Source: an uncultured Candidatus Saccharibacteria bacterium
GTDB taxonomy: Bacteria > Patescibacteriota > WWE3 > UBA101185 > 2-01-FULL-41-18
Direction: 5' to 3'
NCBI GenBank assembly: GCA_964636285.1
Contig: CAZWQF010000001.1
Location: 7,048-71,047, forward strand
Length of the DNA stretch: 64,000 nucleotides
A program made the position numbers and the translations under genes. How positions within the stretch are numbered: position 1 is the first letter of the stretch; every line of letters starts with the position of its first letter. The notes beneath the pieces were generated by a model that saw nothing but the letters and a program-made list of their open reading frames with translations, had not been told where the DNA came from and did no database searches. Positions 50,014 through 58,508 of the stretch are shown here, piece after piece.

Positions 50014-52170
50014 TTAAAGTTTACCAATAAACTCTACTGGTGGTAATACCTCTCCTTTCACTTCAACACTTGCGGGCTCAAAAGTTTGTGGTATGTCCTC
50101 ATTCGGTTTTGTAACCTCAATTTTATACCTGCCGTTAGTAACCGGCGTTGTGATGCAGAATTGCCCAAGTTTGTTTGTTTTGAGTGCTCTTACCACATCC
50201 TCTTTTGAGTCTTTAATTATAACAACTGCACCTTCAACTAGCTTACCTTCTTTATCTTTCACTATTCCGTTGATCAGATTTGGTTGATTTGCAAACGAAG
50301 GGGCTTGAGCAAAATTTGCCGGTTTAGCCTCTATTGGCGCCTCTTTTATTGGTGGCGGGACTACCGGTTTTAAAATTACGGGCTGTGGTGTTTGCTCAGG
50401 TGCCTTTACTGATGCTGGGTCTGGTGTTGTTTCTGGTAGGTTTAATGGTTCAATCACAATCCCCTGATTTTTTGGTGGTTCTGGTGCTTTTTGTATTGGC
50501 TGTGGGATATCATACGTTTGCTTTTGTGTTTGCACCGTCTGATAAAGCCTCTGTTGAAGCTCGTTTATTTTTTGTTGCAGAGCAGAGATTTGAGTGTCTG
50601 CAACTTTCTTTTCATTCTGAAGTCTTAATAGCTCCATCTCAAATTTTTGCTTGTCGGCGGCACTGGAGTCCTGCATTTTTCTTTTGAGCTCTTCGATTTC
50701 TTTTGATAAATTATCGTTTGAGCTTTTTAGCTGGTTTGCTGCAGATTGGACTTCTTTTTTTGTTGCTTCTGTTTGAGTTGGTGTTTGAGATTTTAGATCT
50801 AGTTTGGCTCCAAGCTTAGCTTGCTGTACTCCTGCCTCTTTTTTAATTCGGTCAATAAGACCCATTAAATCTTTAGTCTTTTTTTCAAGATCTGAGTCAA
50901 ACTTTTGCTCTTCATTGACAGTGTTTAGGACTCTTTCGCCTCGAATGGGGAGAACCAGTTCACCTTGCTCTGCTGTCAGGTGTGTGAACCGCCTACCCGT
51001 TAGTCTGTCCGGAGTGATTGAGTTGTATGGTGTGTAAGTAATCTTTGGTTTACGGACGTTATCATTCACTCTGAATGCATTTGAGACTGCCGTTGGGGTT
51101 AGCTGAGTTTGGGATTTGAATTCTGGTTTTGGAGATTCTTTTGGCAAAATCTGAGGTTTTAGTTCAGGCTTTGAGGTTGCGGTCTGCTGAATTTGAGCCT
51201 GCACCTGAGGCTGTGTCCTAATTGGTTGCTGAGTCTGTGCTTGGGCAGGGGTGGGTTGCGCACTTACAGGGCTTGGAGTAGGCACGCTACTTTGCGTTTG
51301 TGTTGTTGCGGTTGGCTTTGGCATTGCGGGCTCCTTGCTAGCCATAGGTGGTTGCGATTGGGTTTGCTCTGCCAACTTTGGTTTAGGCTCCTGTAATTGA
51401 GGTTTTATTTCAGGTTTAACTTGAGGCGCTGGAGTTTGTGCTGGTGTTGTCTCCATTGCGTTTTCCTCTATGCCTTGAGGCTTGTTTTCTTGAAAGTTTT
51501 TGTTTATGGAGGGCTCTGTTCGAATTGGAGGTAGGCTTGTATCTTGAGCTAATGGGGTTGATGCAACGGGGGTATCAATAACAGATGTTTGCTGAGACTG
51601 GAACGAATGGTAAGGCTTAAAAAGCGTTGCCTGTTTTGTTGAAGCTTGAGCCTGGGTTGTAGTTGTACCCTCAAACGAGTCCCTGACTTTTTGTATGTAT
51701 TCGGCTTCTCTTTGTTCCATTGGGTCAAGAATGTGGTCGGTGACTTCTCTTTCAAGGTATTGTTCCAGTTTTCTTCGGCTTGCTGTTGGGGCAACAGCAA
51801 GCATTTCGTTTTTCAATTGATTTGCATTTTGGTATAGAAAATAGCTTGGAGGCTCAACCTCTTTTTTCCAGATTCGCTGAGTGGGGGAGTAAATGGCCAA
51901 AAAAAAGTTAACTACCCAAATGTCCATGCTTCTGTCTTGAATTGGGAGAAAGGCTACGGCAAGAGCAAGGCCAGCTACGCAGAGGGCTAGAGGGATGGCG
52001 ATGAACTTTGGAAGGCCTGAGGCAAAGGTTCCAAAAGCAAAAACAGCGCCTAGGACAAGATAGGCAAACTGTCTCATGGTCAGCTCTCCAATGACTTTAA
52101 ATTCCACCTGCATTATATTCTGTGGAACTGCATGTTGTTTCACACCTAGTGATACTTCAGAAATGGGCAT
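50014..52170 (-). CDS. T4SS-associated membrane protein: VirB3-like 2-TM N-terminus + P/Q/T-rich linker + coiled coil + C-terminal carboxypeptidase-regulatory-like beta-sandwich
   Basis: N-terminal pair of TM helices immediately upstream of VirB4 (VirB3 position); long low-complexity; C-terminal GIVKDKEGKLVEGAVVIIKD...GRYKIEVTKP CarbopepD_reg-like motif. Confidence 0.5.
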   Translation of the reverse strand: MPISEVSLGVKQHAVPQNIMQVEFKVIGELTMRQFAYLVLGAVFAFGTFASGLPKFIAIPLALCVAGLALAVAFLPIQDRSMDIWVVNFFLAIYSPTQRIWKKEVEPPSYFLYQNANQLKNEMLAVAPTASRRKLEQYLEREVTDHILDPMEQREAEYIQKVRDSFEGTTTTQAQASTKQATLFKPYHSFQSQQTSVIDTPVASTPLAQDTSLPPIRTEPSINKNFQENKPQGIEENAMETTPAQTPAPQVKPEIKPQLQEPKPKLAEQTQSQPPMASKEPAMPKPTATTQTQSSVPTPSPVSAQPTPAQAQTQQPIRTQPQVQAQIQQTATSKPELKPQILPKESPKPEFKSQTQLTPTAVSNAFRVNDNVRKPKITYTPYNSITPDRLTGRRFTHLTAEQGELVLPIRGERVLNTVNEEQKFDSDLEKKTKDLMGLIDRIKKEAGVQQAKLGAKLDLKSQTPTQTEATKKEVQSAANQLKSSNDNLSKEIEELKRKMQDSSAADKQKFEMELLRLQNEKKVADTQISALQQKINELQQRLYQTVQTQKQTYDIPQPIQKAPEPPKNQGIVIEPLNLPETTPDPASVKAPEQTPQPVILKPVVPPPIKEAPIEAKPANFAQAPSFANQPNLINGIVKDKEGKLVEGAVVIIKDSKEDVVRALKTNKLGQFCITTPVTNGRYKIEVTKPNEDIPQTFEPASVEVKGEVLPPVEFIGKL

Positions 52171-52343
52171 GGTATACCTCCCATTATAACTTGGTCAGGG
52201 TGGTTTTAGGAACTAACAAATGTTTTTAGGCTTGAGATGCAAAAATTGCTGTTTAGCCAAAAAAATTTATAGCCATGCCAAAACCTGTAATTATCAATAC
52301 GGCACTAATTTACAGCGAAACAGAGGATTCTACAGCTTTACGC

Positions 52344-52372
52344 TTGAGAAATCAAGCAACCTATAGTATAAT
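52344..52372 (+). promoter_or_regulatory. sigma-70-like promoter TTGAGA-17 nt-TATAAT for the GC-rich ORF at 52429
   Basis: Hexamers and spacing read directly; SD AAGGAGGGG 7 nt before ATG. Confidence 0.45.
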
Positions 52373-52428
52373 ATGCGTAACAAAAAACATTTATCTATTC
52401 ATGATACCTACAAAAGGAGGGGTACATC

Positions 52429-52917
52429 ATGAAAAGTATTTGGAACTTCATCAAGGCCATTCCCGGGAGGATCGTGCACCTAAGCGCAATTGCGGTCATC
52501 GCGATCTCGCTGAACGCAGCACGTCCACTGGTCCCATTTTTCATGAGCCAGCCCCACTGGGCTATCATGATCGGTGGGGCGCTTGCGTTCTTCGCGGGAT
52601 GGACGTTACGTTCCGCATCTATGGGTAACCTCTCCGGCAGGACGCTTGGAGTGGTTTCGGGAGTTTTGATCACGGGGTTCGCCCTTGGTTACAATTTCCC
52701 AAACATCCCTAAAGTACAAGGTGTTGGTGATTTGATCATCGCTACCGGGAGGTTTTTCCAAGCAATTCCGATGGCTGCTTGGAACTCCCTGGGTCTGATG
52801 CACCTAGACCCAATCTCCCTGCCGATCGACCCCGATTACCCCTTGAGGGACGCTATGACGGCGTTTCTATTCATTGCGTCAGGGGTGTTTGGGTCGTACG
52901 GGAGGAAAGGGGCCTAG
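52429..52917 (+). CDS. GC-rich (~55-58% GC) hypothetical polytopic membrane protein inside the T4SS-like locus
   Basis: ORF with strong SD; compositional outlier; followed by hairpin 52927-52985. Confidence 0.5.
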   Translation: MKSIWNFIKAIPGRIVHLSAIAVIAISLNAARPLVPFFMSQPHWAIMIGGALAFFAGWTLRSASMGNLSGRTLGVVSGVLITGFALGYNFPNIPKVQGVGDLIIATGRFFQAIPMAAWNSLGLMHLDPISLPIDPDYPLRDAMTAFLFIASGVFGSYGRKGA

Positions 52918-52926
52918 GCAAAATAA

Positions 52927-52985
52927 GGCGGGTTGGACGAAGATACTAGTTGTGTTTACACAGCCAAGTCTTTGTCCAGCCCGCC
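52927..52985 (+). terminator. GC-stem hairpin (ggcgggttggac...gtccagcccgcc) after GC-rich ORF
   Basis: 12-bp inverted repeat read directly, partial T-tract downstream. Confidence 0.45.
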
Positions 52986-53006
52986 TATTCGTTTCTAAGG
53001 TTTAAT

Positions 53007-54329
53007 TTATTTTTTCTTTGGCCCTTTTAATGCCTGATCAATCATTCCAGGTGCTTTTATTGCAAGACCGCCCATAATTAAAGTTATTGAAGGGCCTACA
53101 AAAGCTCTCATAGGTACGCTAACTAAGAGATTTGCTCCAGGGACCGTTGTACTTCCTGACCAGTCTGTACCTAAAGTTATTGCAGCTCCAAGCATTAAGC
53201 AGAAGAAAATTGACGCAAGGGCTAGTGATGATGAAAGTTGAGTAATAAACCAATCCTTTATTCTGCTTTCTTGGCCTGGTAGGGCTCCAATAGCAAAAAT
53301 GAGTGGTGCAAAAATGGTATACAGAACTATCTTGCACCAGTTAAATATAAAAACAAATAAAGAGATAATCAAAACTGCTAGGTAGACTATAACTGCAATA
53401 AGTAGAATAACTAGCCCCCCTAAGTCCGCCCAGATGCTGTTGTTTTCGCCAGCTTCCATTAAAGATCTAGTAAGAAATTCTGCATAACAGGTTGCATAGC
53501 TAGTGATATTTTGAATTGTGCTGGCACCAATCAAAGTTGGACATTGGGTTGATATGAACCCACCGCCACTAGTGAATGTATCCGGATTGATAGCATAAAG
53601 ACCTGCTTTTGTAGCAGGAATAATAAGCTGGGCAAACATGCTTCCTAATGGATATGAGAATGCAATTAGTACAGCACTAATTGCAATTCTTGGAACAGCC
53701 ATTTGTGCTGTCACTACAGTTTGAGCATCTATTTTTTGTCTTAAAACTATCATGATAGCTATGGCCATTACAAAAACCGCTAACATTCCATATGCAATGT
53801 TTCTAATCCCTCTCCATGCCCCCAGCACTGCTGCATACTGATTCAATGACCCTTCCTGAGCATATGCACTTCTAAAAACAATGGATTCCTCAGACGCGTT
53901 GTTAATAAAATACGCTAGATTTATGGGAGGAGGCGCCTCTGAAAAACCGTCAAAAGCTTGAGCAGTAAAGGCCATGAGGCTTCCATTTCTTCTGAGGTTC
54001 AGATTTGCCGATTCGGATCCTAAATGGAGCATTCTCAAAGAGCAAGAATCCCTATTCAAGAAGATTACATCAATTAACGCGTCGCTAGTGCAACCTATCA
54101 GGCCATATAATGGGGCATCAATACCCATTGCTGTGATCATTGACATTGTAGTGGACCTGATTGAAGTTTCCTCCTCAAAGAATTCTGAGATTCCCCTAAA
54201 TACATTTGTTGAAATTGAAAATCCATTATCTGCATTGGCAACTCTATAAGTTCCAACTACAAAAGTTATTACCGCAAGAAAAATAATCAAATATTTAATG
54301 TTTTTAAGTGTTTTTGCTTTACCTAACAT
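53007..54329 (-). CDS. VirB6/TrbL-like polytopic membrane protein
   Basis: 440 aa, signal/TM N-terminus, >=6 TM helices, position in T4SS-like cluster. Confidence 0.5.
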   Translation of the reverse strand: MLGKAKTLKNIKYLIIFLAVITFVVGTYRVANADNGFSISTNVFRGISEFFEEETSIRSTTMSMITAMGIDAPLYGLIGCTSDALIDVIFLNRDSCSLRMLHLGSESANLNLRRNGSLMAFTAQAFDGFSEAPPPINLAYFINNASEESIVFRSAYAQEGSLNQYAAVLGAWRGIRNIAYGMLAVFVMAIAIMIVLRQKIDAQTVVTAQMAVPRIAISAVLIAFSYPLGSMFAQLIIPATKAGLYAINPDTFTSGGGFISTQCPTLIGASTIQNITSYATCYAEFLTRSLMEAGENNSIWADLGGLVILLIAVIVYLAVLIISLFVFIFNWCKIVLYTIFAPLIFAIGALPGQESRIKDWFITQLSSSLALASIFFCLMLGAAITLGTDWSGSTTVPGANLLVSVPMRAFVGPSITLIMGGLAIKAPGMIDQALKGPKKK

Positions 54330-54412
54330 ATAAAAAATATACAGCTGTGTGTAAATTATAGCAAGTATCTGTTACTATTAAGTTAATTGTAGGTCTATAA
54401 TAACATAATACT

Positions 54413-57400
54413 ATGGCACCAATATTTAAAGCGGGGTATTACCCTGGAGATAAGCCAATAAGAAAAAACCCCATCCAGCCTGTTGAAAACCTAGACCCTT
54501 TTATGGAAGCAGCTATTAATGCTATTTCATTCGATCGGGATGCATTAGGGCTTCCTAATCGAATGGCAACTCTTCTTGAAAAGGACTATAGAAATGGGTT
54601 TGCCATTAGGTATGGTATCAGGGATCAGAATTATGTAGATGACAATATTAACAGAAGCATTAACGCAGGGCTTGCTGGAAGCGACCTTTCAATTGAGGAG
54701 GAATATAATGAGCTTCCAGGCGTTAGAGGGGCAAAGATTAACTTAGATCCAGAAACTATTGCAAAAGTTGGAGCTGGCGGTGTTGTCTCAAATACATTTA
54801 AAAGCATGCTTGATGCAGGATTTGCATTCAAGGACTTTTCGCTCAAGGCAGAGCTATATGGATTATGGGATCCGCTCTTAAACCCAGGAGTCTCATCCGA
54901 TTCTGTTCGGGCTGGTATGAGCCTGTCCTCTAGTGATTACATAAAAAGGTATCAGCCTGGAGTGACAGGTAAAATTTTGACACAACGTGATTTTTCAAAT
55001 GTAGATTCCCTAAATTCATCAATACGAGCGTATGTGCTCTCAAGCGGATCGGCCGTGGAGGAGCAGGCGTCTTTTACACAGGTAAAATATTTTTATTTTC
55101 AGTCTTTTAGGCAGGCATTTGAAAATAGTCCAGAAATTGCAAATATTGATGCCGATATTTTAACTTCAGATGCAAAATCTAGGCAATACGTTACTGATAT
55201 TTCAACTCTTACATCAACACTAGCAACAACGTCCGATCCTGCTACAAGGGCTGTATTATCACAACAGCTTGTACAAGCACAGGCTAATTTGGCAGGAGAG
55301 CAGTCAAAAGCGGCTAATTTACAATCTCTGAAGGCAGAGGCTGATGATTTAAAGCAGCTCTTTAGTGGAGTTAGAACTCCTGAAGACTTAGTCAAAGACG
55401 CAAGGAAACAGAATCCAAAGGCTGGATTTAATATAAAAAAACTAAGGGCTAACGAGAGAAGGTTGATGGATAACTTTTGGAAGGCTTCGGTTCATGGAAA
55501 AAATACCTCCATTACAAGAATGGCTGGAATCATGGGAGATAGGCGGCTTATTGCATGGAGCAGACTTATAGATTATAGAGAACGCGTTTCGGAAACCAGT
55601 GAGGTTATAGATGCAATTGCAAAAGGTGAGTTTTTTCAGCAATTTATTTGGAAAAAGTATGTCCTAAAAAGATTACCTTGGATAACACCAACATACGCAT
55701 TCTCAAAATTTTTTACAAACCCGGGAGACTTCTTTTGGAGAGCCTTTGTTAATGGGAAAATACCGTTGCCATTTACTGAGGCAACACTTCCTTTTTTTAA
55801 AATTCCATTTGTAACAGGGTTGTTTAATAGGTTTGGTGCGCTCGCTGACAGGCTTGTTGGGTGGGTGTCAGATCTTATAGTTAAAAGATTTGCTAAGGTA
55901 ATCAATTTGTTTGGTGGCAATGTTATTAAATCAGCTTTTAGTAAGATAAGTGGTTGGTTATATGGTGTTGGGGCAGGTTCTGGGGTTGGTTTACCCGCGG
56001 TTGTTGTTGCGGCTATAACCCAATATTTAGGAGAAAAAATTTTTGGTTTATTTAAATCCATATTTGATGGCGACTTTTTTGAGTACTTGGAGAAGCTTCA
56101 AGCAGAGGCTGCCCGGTTGGTCAGATTTTTATTTGGAGTAGTGCTACTGCTCATCAGTTCTTGCCTAGTCTTTGTTACAATTGCTACTTCAATCCTATTC
56201 CTTCCTTTTTCAGGAATGATGGTTCAGGACTATGGGTCAGGAGGAGGGGTAGAAGAGACTGACGTTGATTGTCCATTCGTAGATGAAAGCGAGCTTCCAA
56301 GAGATGCTAATGGCGTGAGACTTGATAATGTTAAGCCTCTTGAAGATATGATAAACGCATTAACAAATACATATGCTAATCCTAAGAGATCTCCCATGGG
56401 TGTAGGTACAGCTAACGAAGACAATATAAGGAAATGCTATGGCTACATTATTGCAAGGGCACTGCAGACGGCGAATGATCCTGCTATTGCTTTGGCTATT
56501 TGGATTGAAGAGACGGGTGCAAGCAATTATGAAGTTTATAACTTCCCCATTGATGATTTTGGATGCGGTAGGCCCATAGAATCCAATAACTTTATGGATC
56601 AACTTGAATGTTTCTTAAGATTACAAACTGCATATGCTACAAAACCAAGCCATGCAGAGTGTAGAGCTACAGAACCTTCAAATACCGAGCTTATTGTGCA
56701 TGAGTGGGGGCAGATATTTGCTTGTGGTGATTTAGCGTGTAGAGAGGGTAGGGCATATGATTTTTCTTGCTTGGCTGTGTGCGGTACCAATAAGACAGCC
56801 CCAGAATGTATAGACGGCACGTTGTGGTTTGATAATGTAAACACAATTTATTCGGCTGTATCAATTGGGGACAAAACTTTGGATTTAGATTGTATTTTAA
56901 CGGGCTCTACAATAAGATGGGATGACACTTGTAAACAGGGCTCAAGAATTAATGTTGATATACGAGGGGTGACAGGATTACTTGGACAAAACCTGCCTAA
57001 CTTTTTTAGGCGAATAGGGTATAAGGAAGTAATTTCTGATTATGATGACTACATTATACAGTGCTACGAAACCAGAGTAACTTATAACACAGGTTGTCCT
57101 CTTGCCTCCGGTAATTATCTGCATTGTGGTTTGGATTTAGTTGGAGATACTGTGGATGGAATTTATTCGGTGGAGGGTAAGGATGTTCGATCTCCATATC
57201 GTGGGACTGCCGTAGTGGATACTGTAGGTTATGATGCCGCAGGGTATGGAAATTATGTTGTCCTTGAGATTTCTGGTGATGGGGGAGATGATGACTCCAA
57301 TGAGGACTTCTTATATATTTTAGTTGGGCATTTAATAGATGGTTCTATAGGGGTATCCGTTGGAGAGCAGGTGGCATATAATGATTTTATCGGTCGAGTA

Positions 57401-57565
57401 GGGTCTACAGGTCACTCTACAGGGCCTCATGTGCATTATGAGATCAGATCAGGGGGAAGGTCTGCTGCTTATCAAGTTAATCCCTGTTACGTGGTGGCCT
57501 TCAGTGGGGAGTCCTGTCCTGGGACGACATTTGGCTCAAGTTGCTCGACTGCAATGTTAGAATAA
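54413..57565 (+). CDS. 1050-aa T4SS-associated cell-wall hydrolase: central lysozyme-like region + C-terminal M23 (LytM) metallopeptidase
   Basis: C-terminal HxxxD...HSTGPHVHYEIR M23 motifs; central ...AIALAIWIEETGASNYEV... glycosidase-like block; internal TM segment. Confidence 0.65.
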   Translation: MAPIFKAGYYPGDKPIRKNPIQPVENLDPFMEAAINAISFDRDALGLPNRMATLLEKDYRNGFAIRYGIRDQNYVDDNINRSINAGLAGSDLSIEEEYNELPGVRGAKINLDPETIAKVGAGGVVSNTFKSMLDAGFAFKDFSLKAELYGLWDPLLNPGVSSDSVRAGMSLSSSDYIKRYQPGVTGKILTQRDFSNVDSLNSSIRAYVLSSGSAVEEQASFTQVKYFYFQSFRQAFENSPEIANIDADILTSDAKSRQYVTDISTLTSTLATTSDPATRAVLSQQLVQAQANLAGEQSKAANLQSLKAEADDLKQLFSGVRTPEDLVKDARKQNPKAGFNIKKLRANERRLMDNFWKASVHGKNTSITRMAGIMGDRRLIAWSRLIDYRERVSETSEVIDAIAKGEFFQQFIWKKYVLKRLPWITPTYAFSKFFTNPGDFFWRAFVNGKIPLPFTEATLPFFKIPFVTGLFNRFGALADRLVGWVSDLIVKRFAKVINLFGGNVIKSAFSKISGWLYGVGAGSGVGLPAVVVAAITQYLGEKIFGLFKSIFDGDFFEYLEKLQAEAARLVRFLFGVVLLLISSCLVFVTIATSILFLPFSGMMVQDYGSGGGVEETDVDCPFVDESELPRDANGVRLDNVKPLEDMINALTNTYANPKRSPMGVGTANEDNIRKCYGYIIARALQTANDPAIALAIWIEETGASNYEVYNFPIDDFGCGRPIESNNFMDQLECFLRLQTAYATKPSHAECRATEPSNTELIVHEWGQIFACGDLACREGRAYDFSCLAVCGTNKTAPECIDGTLWFDNVNTIYSAVSIGDKTLDLDCILTGSTIRWDDTCKQGSRINVDIRGVTGLLGQNLPNFFRRIGYKEVISDYDDYIIQCYETRVTYNTGCPLASGNYLHCGLDLVGDTVDGIYSVEGKDVRSPYRGTAVVDTVGYDAAGYGNYVVLEISGDGGDDDSNEDFLYILVGHLIDGSIGVSVGEQVAYNDFIGRVGSTGHSTGPHVHYEIRSGGRSAAYQVNPCYVVAFSGESCPGTTFGSSCSTAMLE

Positions 57566-58506
57566 TGAACTTTATGAATTTTATGGATCAAACAAGAGTA
57601 CTTTTAGGTGATCTGTTAGGTACAAAAAAAGTATTCATACTTATATTCATCTTAATCCTGTCAGTAGCTGTAATTTCTGCATTTAGGTACACATCTTATA
57701 TTGAAAGAAAAGTGGTTGAAGACAGATCTCTTGAGATAGCATCTGCCCAGTTTTCGGAAGCATTGAAAAAAAAAGCCCCTCTTGGGTTAAAGGCTAAAAA
57801 TTTAGTAATAGGAGGAAATTTCACACAAGATCATATCCAAGAAATAAATAATGGTAGTTATGTCATGAAGTACTCCTTAATGGATCCAACTAAAATGGCA
57901 GGCGTGCTTAAGTTGAGGCATGTCTCTTCAAGTAATGTTTTTTTTCTTGCAGAGGGTAGCGGGTCACTGGAGGATTTTAGGTCGGATTATGAAGCTTATC
58001 TTAATTCAGCTGTAGGATCAGATGCAAAAAATGTTAAGTTTGAAGTGAAAGATACCTCTGTTCCTGGTATTAAGATTTATGAGGAGCGGAATGTTTTTGA
58101 GCTTAAAGAGTATACCTTACATGTTAATGGGTCTCCTGTTTATCAACTAGACTATGTTAATCATATTACGGTATACAGAGAGTCAGAAGGCTCAGAAATC
58201 TTTTATGTTAAAATGCCTCCTTTCTTTCCTCAGCCTAATGTTGAGCTGATTAAAAAAGATTTTGTTTCCGGAGTATATAACATGCAGCCGTTTATTCCTT
58301 TGGACCCTTCTCTTAGTAGCTATATTTACAGGGAGCTTCCAAAATTCTCAGTTAGGGATTTTAAAATTATTGATACATCTGCAAGTAGAGCCTTCTTTTT
58401 TGATAATTCTTTAGGTTATATGCTTCCTGTTTTAACAAAAGAGGTGATTTATTTAAGATCTGAGGATGTTAAAAATCCAAACTATTTATTTGTGTACTTT
58501 GATTAA
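57541..58506 (+). CDS. hypothetical bitopic membrane protein (VirB8-like topology)
   Basis: N-terminal TM + ~270-aa extracytoplasmic domain, T4SS locus context. Confidence 0.35.
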   Translation: MLDCNVRIMNFMNFMDQTRVLLGDLLGTKKVFILIFILILSVAVISAFRYTSYIERKVVEDRSLEIASAQFSEALKKKAPLGLKAKNLVIGGNFTQDHIQEINNGSYVMKYSLMDPTKMAGVLKLRHVSSSNVFFLAEGSGSLEDFRSDYEAYLNSAVGSDAKNVKFEVKDTSVPGIKIYEERNVFELKEYTLHVNGSPVYQLDYVNHITVYRESEGSEIFYVKMPPFFPQPNVELIKKDFVSGVYNMQPFIPLDPSLSSYIYRELPKFSVRDFKIIDTSASRAFFFDNSLGYMLPVLTKEVIYLRSEDVKNPNYLFVYFD

Positions 58507-58508
58507 TA

